Part shown: piece after piece, positions 1 to 11,559 of the stretch
Layout: each line of letters begins with the position of its first letter
Position numbering within the stretch: position 1 is the first letter of the stretch
From: the human T2T-CHM13v2.0 reference genome, Homo sapiens
Length of the DNA: 64,000 nucleotides
Assembly (NCBI RefSeq): GCF_009914755.1
Contig: NC_060925.1
Reading direction: 5' to 3' (one strand)
Position numbers and translations under genes: made by a program
The notes under the pieces: model-generated
Database searches by the model: none
The model's input: only the letters and a program-made list of their open reading frames with translations
What the model was told of the DNA's origin: nothing

Positions 1-289
1 GTAACTTCCTTGTGTTGTGTGTATTCAACTCACAGAGTTGAAGGATCCTTTACAGAGAGCAGGCTTGAAACACTCTTTTTGTCGAATTTGCAAGTGGAGA
101 TTTCAGCCGCTTTGAGGTCAATGGTAGAATAGGAAATATCTTCTTATAGAAACTAGACAGAATGATTCTCATGAACTCCTTTGTGATGTGTGCGTTCAAC
201 TCACAGAGTTTAACCTTTCTTTTCATAGAGCAGTTAGGAAACACTCTGTTTGTAAAGTCTGCAAGTGGATATTCAGACCTCCTTGAGGC

Positions 290-306
290 CTTCGTTGGAA
301 ACGGGA
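290..306 (+). promoter_or_regulatory. CENP-B box (first of ~188, one per 340-bp dimer)
   Basis: CTTCGTTGGAAACGGGA matches the canonical 17-bp CENP-B box (nTTCGnnnnAnnCGGGn) and recurs at 630, 970, 1310 and so on to the end of the window. E-type dimers end in ...CGGGT, which is still within consensus. Confidence 0.97.
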
Positions 307-2039
307 TTTCATCATATTCTGCTAGACAGAAGAATTCTCAGTAACTTCCTTGTGTTGTGTTTATTCAACTCACAGAGTTGAATGATCCTTTACACAGAGC
401 AGACTTGAAACACTCTTTTTGTGGAATTTGCAAGTGGAGATTTCAGCCGCTTTGAGGTCAATGGTAGAAAAGTAAATATCTTCGTATAAAGACTAGACAG
501 AATGATTCTCAGAAACTCCTTTGTGATGTGTGCGTTCAACTCACAGAGTTTAACCTTTCTGTTCATAGAGCAGTTAGGAAACACTCTGTTTGTAAAGTCT
601 GCAAGTGGATATTCAGACCTCCTTGAGGCCTTCGTTGGAAACGGGATTTCTTCATATTCTGCTAGGCAGAAGAATTCTCAGTAACTTCCTTGTGTTGTGT
701 GTATTCAACTCACAGAGTTGAACGATCCTTTACACAGAGCAGACTTGAAACACTCTTTTTGTGGAATTTGCAAGTGGAGATTTCAGCCGCTTTGAGGTCA
801 ATGGTAGAAAAGGAAATATCTTCCTATAAAGACTAGACAGAATGATTCTCAGAAACTCCTTTGTGATGTGTGCGTTCAACTCACAGAGTTTAACCTTTCT
901 TTTCATAGAGCAGTTAGGAAACACTCTGTTTGTAAAGTCTGCAAGTGGATATTCAGACCTCTTTGAGGCCTTCGTTGGAAACGGGATTTCTTCCTATTCT
1001 GCTAGACAGAAGAATTCTCAGTAACTTCCTTGTGTTGTGTGTATTCAACTCACAGAGTTGAACGATCCTTTACACAGAGCAGACTTGAAACACTCTTTTT
1101 GTGGAATTTGCAAGTGGAGATTTCAGCCGCTTTGAGGTCAATAGTAGAAAAGGAAATATCTTCGTAGAAAAACTAGACAGAATGATTCTCAGAAACTCCT
1201 TTGTGATGTGTGTGTTCAACTCACAGAGTTTAACCTTTCTTTTCATAGAGCAGTTAGTAAACACTCTGTTTATAAAGTCTGCAAGTGGATATTCAGACCC
1301 CTTTGAGGCCTTCGTTGGAAACGGGATTTCTTCATATTATGCTAGACAGAAGAATTCTCAGTAACTTCCTTGTGTTGTGTGTATTCAACTGACAGAGTTG
1401 AACTTTCATTTAGAGAGAGCAGATTTGAAACACTGTTTTTGTGGAATTTGCAAGTGGAGATTTCAAGCGCTTTGGGGCCAAAGGCAGAAAAGGAAATATC
1501 TTCGTATAAAAACTAGACAGAATCATTCTCAGAAACTGCTGCGTGATGTGTGCGTTCAACTCTCAGTGTTTAACTTTTCTTTTCATTCAGCGGTTTGGAA
1601 ACACTATGTTTGTAAAGTCTGCACGTGGATATTTTGACCACTTAGAGGCCTTCGTTGGAAACGGGTTTTTTTCATGTAAGGCTAGACAGAAGAATTCCCA
1701 GTAACTTCCTTGTGTTGTGTGCATTCAACTCACAGAGTTGAACGTTCCCTTAGACAGAGCAGATTTGAAACACTCTATTTGTGCAATTTGCAAGTGTAGA
1801 TTTCAAGCGCTTTAAGGTCAACGGCAGAAAAGGAAATATCTTCGTTTCAAAACTAGACAGAATCATTCCCACAAACTGCGTTGTGATGTGTTCGTTCAAC
1901 TCACAGAGTTTAACCTTTCTGTTCATAGAGCAGTTAGGAAACACTCTGTTTGTAAAGTCTGTAAGTGGATATTCTGACATCTTGTGGCCTTCGTTGGAAA
2001 CGGGATTTCTTCATATTCTGCTAGACAGAAGAATTCTCA

Positions 2040-5000
2040 GTAACTTCCTTGTGTTGTGTGTATTCAACTCACAGAGTTGAACGATCCTTTACACAGAGCA
2101 GACTTGAAACACTCTTTTTGTGGAATTTGCAAGTGGAGATTTCAGCCGCTTTGAGGTCAATGGTAGAAAAGGAAACTATCTTCATATAAAGACTAGACAG
2201 AATGATTCTCAGAAAATCTTTTGTGATGTGTGCGTTCAACTCACAGAGTTTAACTTTTCTTCTCATAGAGCAGTTAGGAAACACTCTGTTTGTAAAGTCT
2301 GCAAGTGGATATTCAGACCTCTTTGAGGCCTTCGTTGGAAACGGGATTTCTTCATATTATGCTAGACAGAATAATTCTCAGTAACTTCCTTGTGTTGTGT
2401 GTATTCAACTCACAGAGTTGAAGGATCCTTTACAGAGAGCAGGCTTGAAACACTCTTTTTGTCGAATTTGCAAGTGGAGATTTCAGCCGCTTTGAGGTCA
2501 ATGGTAGAATAGGAAATATCTTCTTATAGAAACTAGACAGAATGATTCTCATGAACTCCTTTGTGATGTGTGCGTTCAACTCACAGAGTTTAACCTTTCT
2601 TTTCATAGAGCAGTTAGGAAACACTCTGCTTGTAAAGTCTGCAAGTGGATATTCAGACCTCCTTGAGGCCTTCGTTGGAAACGGGATTTCTTCATATTCT
2701 GCTAGACAGAAGAATTCTCAGTAACTTCCTTGTGTTGTGTTTATTCAACTCACAGAGTTGAATGATCCTTTACACAGAGCAGACTTGAAACACTCTTTTT
2801 GTGGAATTTGCAAGTGGAGATTTCAGCCGCTTTGAGGTCAATGGTAGAAAAGTAAATATCTTCGTATAAAGACTAGACAGAATGATTCTCAGAAACTCCT
2901 TTGTGATGTGTGCGTTCAACTCACAGAGTTTAACCTTTCTGTTCATAGAGCAGTTAGGAAACACTCTGTTTGTAAAGTCTGCAAGTGGATATTCAGACCT
3001 CCTTGAGGCCTTCGTTGGAAACGGGATTTCTTCATCTTCTGCTAGACAGAAGAATTCTCAGTAACTTCCTTGTGTTGTGTGTATTCAACTCACAGAGTTG
3101 AACGATACTTTACACAGAGCAGACTTGAAACACTCTTTTTGTGGAATTTGCAAGTGGAGATTTCAGCCGCTTTGAGGTCAATGGTAGAAAAGGAAACTAT
3201 CTTCATATAAAGACTAGACTGAATGATTCTCAGAAAATCTTTTGTGATGTGTGCGTTCAGCTCACAGAGTTTAACTTTTCTTCTCATAGAGCAGTTAGGA
3301 AACACTCTGTTTGTAAAGTCTGCAAGTGGATATTCAGACCTCTTTGAGGCCTTCGTTGGAAACGGGATTTCTTCATATTATGCTAGACAGAATAATTCTC
3401 AGTAACTTCCTTGTGTTGTGTGTATTCAACTGACAGAGTTGAAGGATCCTTTACAGACAGCAGGCTTGAAACACTCTTTTTGTCGAATTTGCAAGTGGAG
3501 ATTTCAGCCGCTTTGAGGTCAATGGTAGAATAGGAAATATCTTCTTATAGAAACTAGACAAAATGATTCTCATGAACTCCTTTGTGATGTGTGCGTTCAA
3601 CTCACAGAGTTTAACCTTTCTTTTCATAGAGCAGTTAGGAAACACTCTGTTTGTAAAGTCTGCAAGTGGATATTCAGACCTCCTTGAGGCCTTCGTTGGA
3701 AACGGGATTTCTTCATATTCTGCTAGACAGAAGAATTCTCAGTAACTTCCTTGTGTTGTGTTTATTCAACTCACAGAGTTGAATGATCCTTTACACAGAG
3801 CAAACTTGAAACACTCTTTTTGTGGAATTTGCAAGTGGAGATTTCAGCCGCTTTGAGGTCAATGGTAGAAAAGTAAATATCTTCGTATAAAGACTAGACA
3901 GAATGATTCTCAGAAACTCCTTTGTGATGTGTGCGTTCAACTCACAGAGTTTAACCTTTCTGTTCATAGAGCAGTTAGGAAACACTCTGTTTGTAAAGTC
4001 TGCAAGTGGATATTCAGACCTCCTTGAGGCCTTCGTTGGAAACGGGATTTCTTCATATTCTGCTAGACAGAAGAATTCTCAGTAACTTCCTTGTGTTGTG
4101 TGTATTCAACTCACAGAGTTGAACGATCCTTTACACAGAGCAGACTTGAAACACTCTTTTTGTGGAATTTGCAAGTGGAGATTTCAGCCGCTTTGAGGTC
4201 AATAGTAGAAAAGGAAATATCTTCGTAGAAAAACTAGACAGAATGATTCTCAGAAACTCCTTTGTGATGTGTGTGTTTAACTCACAGAGTTTAACCTTTC
4301 TTTTCATAGAGCAGTTAGTAAACACTCTGTTTATAAATTCTGCATGTGGATATTCAGACCCCTTTGAGGCCTTCGTTGGAAACGGGATTTCTTCATATTA
4401 TGCTAGACAGAAGAATTCTCAGTAACTTCCTTGTGTTGTGTGTATTCAACTGACAGAGTTGAACTTTCATTTGGAGAGAGCAGATTTGAAACACTGTTTT
4501 TGTGGAATTTGCAAGTGGAGATTTCAAGCGCTTTGGGGCCAAAGGCAGAAAAGGTAATATCTTCGTATAAAAACTAGACAGAATCATTCTCAGAAACTGC
4601 TGCGTGATGTGTGCGTTCAACTCTCAGAGTTTAACTTTTCTTTTCATTCAGCGGTTTGGAAACACTCTGTTTGTAAAGTCTGCACGTGGATATTTTGAAC
4701 ACTTAGAGGCCTTCGTTGGAAACGGGTTTTTTTCATGTAAGGCTAGACAGAAGAATTCCCAGTAACTTCCTTGTGTTGTGTGCATTCAACTCACAGAGTT
4801 GAACGTTCCCTTAGACAGAGCAGATTTGAAACACTCTATTTGTGCAATTTGGAAGTGTAGATTTCAAGCGCTTTAAGGTCAACGGCAGAAAAGGAAATAT
4901 CTTCGTTTCAAAACTAGACAGAATCATTCCCACAAACTGCGTTGTGATGTGTTCGTTCAACTCACAGAGTTTAACCTTTCTGTTCATAGAGCAGTTAGGA

Positions 5001-5100
5001 AACACTCTGTTTGTAAAGTCTGTAAGTGGATATTCTGACATCTTGTGGCCTTCGTTGGAAACGGGATTTCTTCATATTCTGCTAGACAGAAGAATTCTCA
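2040..5100 (+). repeat. 18-mer HOR structural variant G-A-B-G'-A-B-D-E-F (3061 bp)
   Basis: Extra G-A-B block; F dimers at 1701 and 4762 are 3061 bp apart. Confidence 0.9.
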
Positions 5101-8100
5101 GTAACTTCCTTGTGTTGTGTGTATTCAACTCACAGAGTTGAAGGATCCTTTACAGAGAGCAGGCTTGAAACACTCTTTTTGTCGAATTTGCAAGTGGAGA
5201 TTTCAGCCGCTTTGAGGTCAATGGTAGAATAGGAAATATCTTCTTATAGAAACTAGACAAAATGATTCTCATGAACTCCTTTGTGATGTGTGCGTTCAAC
5301 TCACAGAGTTTAACCTTTCTTTTCATAGAGCAGTTAGGAAACACTCTGTTTGTAAAGTCTGCAAGTGGATATTCAGACCTCCTTGAGGCCTTCGTTGGAA
5401 ACGGGATTTCTTCATATTCTGCTAGACAGAAGAATTCTCAGTAACTTCCTTGTGTTGTGTTTATTCAACTCACAGAGTTGAATGATCCTTTACACAGAGC
5501 AGACTTGAAACACTCTTTTTGTGGAATTTGCAAGTGGAGATTTCAGCCGCTTTGAGGTCAATGGTAGAAAAGTAAATATCTTCGTATAAAGACTAGACAG
5601 AATGATTCTCAGAAACTCCTTTGTGATGTGTGCGTTCAACTCACAGAGTTTAACCTTTCTGTTCATAGAGCAGTTAGGAAACACTCTGTTTGTAAAGTCT
5701 GCAAGTGGATATTCAGACCTCCTTGAGGCCTTCGTTGGAAACGGGATTTCTTCATATTCTGCTAGACAGAAGAATTCTCAGTAACTTCCTTGTGTTGTGT
5801 GTATTCAACTCACAGAGTTGAACGATACTTTACACAGAGCAGACTTGAAACACTCTTTTTGTGGAATTTGCAAGTGGAGATTTCAGCCGCTTTGAGGTCA
5901 ATGGTAGAAAAGGAAATATCTTCGTATAAAGACTAGACAGAATGATTCTCAGAAACTCCTTTGTGATGTGTGCGTTCAACTCACAGAGTTTAACTTTTCT
6001 TTTCAAAGAGCAGTTAGGAAACACTCTGTTTGTAAAGTCTGCAAGTGGATATTCAGACCTCTTTGAGGCCTTCGTTGGAAACGGGATTTCTTCATATTAT
6101 GCTAGACAGAAGAATTCTCAGTAACTTCCTTGTGTTGTGTGTATTCAACTCACAGAGTTGAACGATCCTTTACACAGAGCAGACTTGAAACACTCTTTTT
6201 GTGGAATTTGCAAGTGGAGATTTCAGCCGCTTTGAGGTCAATAGTAGAAAAGGAAATATCTTCGTAGAAAAACTAGACAGAATGATTCTCAGAAACTCCT
6301 TTGTGATGTGTGTGTTCAACTCACAGAGTTTAACCTTTCTTTTCATAGAGCAGTTAGTAAACACTCTGTTTATAAAGTCTGCAAGTGGATATTCAGACCC
6401 CTTTGAGGCCTTCGTTGGAAACGGGATTTCTTCATATTCTGCTAGACAGAAGAATTCTCAGTAACTTCCTTGTGTTGTGTGTATTCAACTGACAGAGTTG
6501 AACTTTCATTTAGAGAGAGCAGATTTGAAACACTGTTTTTGTGGAATTTGCAAGTGGAGATTTCAAGCGCTTTGGGGCCAAAGGCAGAAAAGGAAATATC
6601 TTCGTATAAAAACTAGACAGAATCATTCTCAGAAACTGCTGCGTGATGTGTGCGTTCAACTCTCAGAGTTTAACTTTTCTTTTCATTCAGCGGTTTGGAA
6701 ACACTCTGTTTGTAAAGTCTGCACGTGGATATTTTGACCACTTAGAGGCCTTCGTTGGAAACGGGTTTTTTTCATGTAAGGCTAGACAGAAGAATTCCCA
6801 GTAACTTCCTTGTGTTGTGTGCATTCAACTCACAGAGTTGAACGTTCCCTTAGACAGAGCAGATTTGAAACACTCTATTTGTGCAATTTGCAAGTGTATA
6901 TTTCAAGCGCTTTAAGTTCAACGGCAGAAAAGGAAATATCTTCGTTTCAAAACTAGACAGAATCATTCCCACAAACTGCGTTGTGATGTGTTCGTTCAAC
7001 TCACAGAGTTTAACCTTTCTTTTCATAGAGAAGTTAGGAAACACTCTGTTTGTAAAGTCTGCAAGTGGATATTCAGACTTCCTTGAGGCCTTCGTTGGAA
7101 ACGGGATTTCTTCATATTCTGCTAGACAGAAGAATTCTCAGTAACTTCCTTGTGTTCTGTTTATTCAACTCACAGAGTTGAATGATCCTTTACACAGAGC
7201 AGACTTGAAACACTCTTTTTGTGGAATTTGCAAGTGGAGATTTCAGCCGCTTTGGGGTCAATGGTAGAAAAGTAAATATCTTCGTATAAAGACTAGACAG
7301 AATGATTCTCAGAAACTCCTTTGTGATGTGTGCGTTCAACTCACAGAGTTTAACCTTTCTGTTCATAGAGCAGTTAGGAAACACTCTGTTTGTAATGTCT
7401 GCAAGTGGATATTCAGACCTCCTTGAGGCCTTCGTTGGAAACGGGATTTCTTCATATTCTGCTAGACAGAAGAATTCTCAGTAACTTCCTTGTGTTGTGT
7501 GTATTCAACTCACAGAGTTGAACGATCCTTTACACAGAGCAGACTTGAAACACTCTTTTTGTGGAATTTGCAAGTGGAGATTTCAGCCGCTTTGAGGTCA
7601 ATGGTAGAAAAGGAAACTATCTTCATATAAAGACTAGACTGAATGATTCTCAGAAAATCTTTTGTGATGTGTGCGTTCAACTCACAGAGTTTAACTTTTC
7701 TTCTCATAGAGCAGTTAGGAAACACTCTGTTTGTAATGTCTGCAAGTGGATATTCAGACCTCCTTGAGGCCTTCGTTGGAAACGGGATTTCTTCATATTA
7801 TGCTAGACAGAATAATTCTCAGTAACTTCCTTGTGTTGTGTGTATTCAACTGACAGAGTTGAAGGATCCTTTACAGAGAGCAGGCTTGAAACACTCTTTT
7901 TGTCGAATTTGCAAGTGGAGATTTCAGCCGCTTTGAGGTCAATGGTAGAATAGGAAATATCTTCTTATAGAAACTAGACAAAATGATTCTCATGAACTCC
8001 TTTGTGATGTGTGCGTTCAACTCACAGAGTTTAACCTTTCTTTTCATAGAGCAGTTAGGAAACACTCTGTTTGTAAAGTCTGCAAGTGGATATTCAGACC

Positions 8101-9519
8101 TCCTTGAGGCCTTCGTTGGAAACGGGATTTCTTCATATTCTGCTAGACAGAAGAATTCTCAGTAACTTCCTTGTGTTGTGTTTATTCAACTCACAGAGTT
8201 GAATGATCCTTTACACAGAGCAGACTTGAAACACTCTTTTTGTGGAATTTGCAAGTGGAGATTTCAGCCGCTTTGAGGTCAATGGTAGAAAAGTAAATAT
8301 CTTCGTATAAAGACTAGACAGAATGATTCTCAGAAACTCCTTTGTGATGTGTGCGTTCAACTCACAGAGTTTAACCTTTCTGTTCATAGAGCAGTTAGGA
8401 AACACTCTGTTTGTAAAGTCTGCAAGTGGATATTCAGACCTCCTTGAGGCCTTCGTTGGAAACGGGATTTCTTGCTATTCTGCTAGACAGAAGAATTCTC
8501 AGTAACTTCCTTGTGTTGTGTGTATTCAACTCACAGAGTTGAACGATCCTTTACACAGAGCAGACTTGAAACACTCTTTTTGTGGAATTTGCAAGTGGAG
8601 ATTTCAGCCGCTTTGAGGTCAATAGTAGAAAAGGAAATATCTTCGTAGAAAAACTAGACAGAATGATTCTCAGAAACTCCTTTGTGATGTGTGTGTTCAA
8701 CTCACAGAGTTTAACCTTTCTTTTCATAGAGCAGTTAGTAAACACTCTGTTTATAAAGTCTGCAAGTGGATATTCAGACCCCTTTGAGGCCTTCGTTGGA
8801 AACGGGATTTCTTCATATTCTGCTAGACAGAAGAATTCTCAGTAACTTCCTTGTGTTGTGTGTATTCAACTGACAGAGTTGAACTTTCATTTGGAGAGAG
8901 CAGATTTGAAACACTGTTTTTGTGGAATTTGCAAGTGGAGATTTCAAGCGCTTTGGGGCCAAAGCAGAAAAGGAAATATCTTCGTATAAAAACTAGACAG
9001 AATCATTCTCAGAAACTGCTGCGTGATGTGTGCGTTCAACTCTCAGAGTTTAACTTTTCTTTTCATTCAGCGGTTTGGAAACACTCTGTTTGTAAAGTCT
9101 GCACGTGGATATTTTGACCACTTAGAGGCCTTCGTTGGAAACGGGTTTTTTTCATGTAAGGCTAGACAGAAGAATTCCCAGTAACTTCCTTGTGTTGTGT
9201 GCATTCAACTCACAGAGTTGAACGTTCCCTTAGACAGAGCAGATTTGAAACACTCTATTTGTGCAATTTGCAAGTGTAGATTTCAAGCGCTTTAAGGTCA
9301 ACGGCAGAAAAGGAAATATCTTCGTTTCAAAACTAGACAGAATCATTCCCACAAACTGCGTTGTGATGTGTTCGTTCAACTCACAGAGTTTAACCTTTCT
9401 GTTCATAGAGCAGTTAGGAAACACTCTGTTTGTAAAGTCTGTAAGTGGATATTCTGACATCTTGTGGCCTTCGTTGGAAACGGGATTTCTTCATATTCTG
9501 CTAGACAGAAGAATTCTCA

Positions 9520-11559
9520 GTAACTTCCTTGTGTTGTGTGTATTCAACTCACAGAGTTGAACGATCCTTTACACAGAGCAGACTTGAAACACTCTTTTTG
9601 TGGAATTTGCAAGTGGAGATTTCAGCCGCTTTGAGGTCAATGGTAGAAAAGGAAACTATCTTCATATAAAGACTAGACAGAATGATTCTCAGAAAATCTT
9701 TTGTGATGTGTGCGTTCAACTCACAGAGTTTAACTTTTCTTCTCATAGAGCAGTTAGGAAACACTCTGTTTGTAAAGTCTGCAAGTGGATATTCAGACCT
9801 CTTTGAGGCCTTCGTTGGAAACGGGATTTCTTCATATTCTGCTAGACAGAAGAATTCTCAGTAACTTCCTTGTGTTGTGTGTATTCAACTCACAGAGTTG
9901 AAGGATCCTTTACAGAGAGCAGGCTTGAAACACTCTTTTTGTCGAATTTGCAAGTGGAGATTTCAGCCGCTTTGAGGTCAATGGTAGAATAGGAAATATC
10001 TTCTTATAGAAACTAGACAAAATGATTCTCATGAACTCCTTTGTGATGTGTGCGTTCAACTCACAGAGTTTAACCTTTCTTTTCATAGAGCAGTTAGGAA
10101 ACACTCTGTTTGTAAAGTCTGCAAGTGGATATTCAGACCTCCTTGAGGCCTTCGTTGGAAACGGGATTTCTTCATATTCTGCTAGACAGAAGAATTCTCA
10201 GTAACTTCCTTGTGTTGTGTTTATTCAACTCACAGAGTTGAATGATCCTTTACACAGAGCAGACTTGAAACACTCTTTTTGTGGAATTTGCAAGTGGAGA
10301 TTTCAGCCGCTTTGAGGTCAATGGTAGAAAAGTAAATATCTTCGTATAAAGACTAGACAGAATGATTCTCAGAAACTCCTTTGTGATGTGTGCGTTCAAC
10401 TCACAGAGTTTAACCTTTCTGTTCATAGAGCAGTTAGGAAACACTCTGTTTGTAAAGTCTGCAAGTGGATATTCAGACCTCCTTGAGGCCTTCGTTGGAA
10501 ACGGGATTTCTTGCTATTCTGCTAGACAGAAGAATTCTCAGTAACTTCCTTGTGTTGTGTGTATTCAACTCACAGAGTTGAACGATCCTTTACACAGAGC
10601 AGACTTGAAACACTCTTTTTGTGGAATTTGCAAGTGGAGATTTCAGCCGCTTTGAGGTCAATAGTAGAAAAGGAAATATCTTCGTAGAAAAACTAGACAG
10701 AATGATTCTCAGAAACTCCTTTGTGATGTGTGTGTTCAACTCACAGAGTTTAACCTTTCTTTTCATAGAGCAGTTAGTAAACACTCTGTTTATAAAGTCT
10801 GCAAGTGGATATTCAGACCCCTTTGAGGCCTTCGTTGGAAACGGGATTTCTTCATATTCTGCTAGACAGAAGAATTCTCAGTAACTTCCTTGTGTTGTGT
10901 GTATTCAACTGACAGAGTTGAACTTTCATTTGGAGAGAGCAGATTTGAAACACTGTTTTTGTGGAATTTGCAAGTGGAGATTTCAAGCGCTCTGGGGCCA
11001 AAGGCAGAAAAGGAAATATCTTCGTATAAAAACTAGACAGAATCATTCTCAGAAACTGCTGCGTGATGTGTGCGTTCAACTCTCAGAGTTTAACTTTTCT
11101 TTTCATTCAGCGGTTTGGAAACACTCTGTTTGTAAAGTCTGCACGTGGATATTTTGACCACTTAGAGGCCTTCGTTGGAAACGGGTTTTTTTCATGTAAG
11201 GCTAGACAGAAGAATTCCCAGTAACTTCCTTGTGTTGTGTGCATTCAACTCACAGAGTTGAACGTTCCCTTAGACAGAGCAGATTTGAAACACTCTATTT
11301 GTGCAATTTGCAAGTGTAGATTTCAAGCGCTTTAAGGTCAACGGCAGAAAAGGAAATATCTTCGTTTCAAAACTAGACAGAATCATTCCCACAAACTGCG
11401 TTGTGATGTGTTCGTTCAACTCACAGAGTTTAACCTTTCTGTTCATAGAGCAGTTAGGAAACACTCTGTTTGTAAAGTCTGTAAGTGGATATTCTGACAT
11501 CTTGTGGCCTTCGTTGGAAACGGGATTTCTTCATATTCTGCTAGACAGAAGAATTCTCA
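9520..11559 (+). repeat. Representative dominant HOR unit: 12-mer, 2040 bp, dimer order G-A-B-D-E-F
   Basis: Dimer markers: G = GGAAACTATCTTCATA (341 bp); A = AAGGATCC/GTCGAA/CATGAAC; B = TTTATTC/AAGTAAAT; D = AATAGTAG/TAGTAAAC/TTATAAAG; E = AACTTTCATT/GGGGCCAAAGG/CACGTG; F = GTTCCCTTAG/CCCACAAACTGCG/GACATCTTGTGG (339 bp). Starts at 9520, 9861, 10201, 10541, 10881, 11221. Confidence 0.92.

Noticed and set aside
43-48. BamHI site restricted to A dimers, and EcoRI loss in most G dimers (AATAATTC)
   Set aside because: These are single-base dimer-type markers, handy for restriction typing but with no evidence of function.
1660-1675. GGG followed by a T-run resembling a terminator
   Set aside because: It is the end of the E-dimer CENP-B box plus a short T tract, with no GC-rich hairpin or associated transcription unit.
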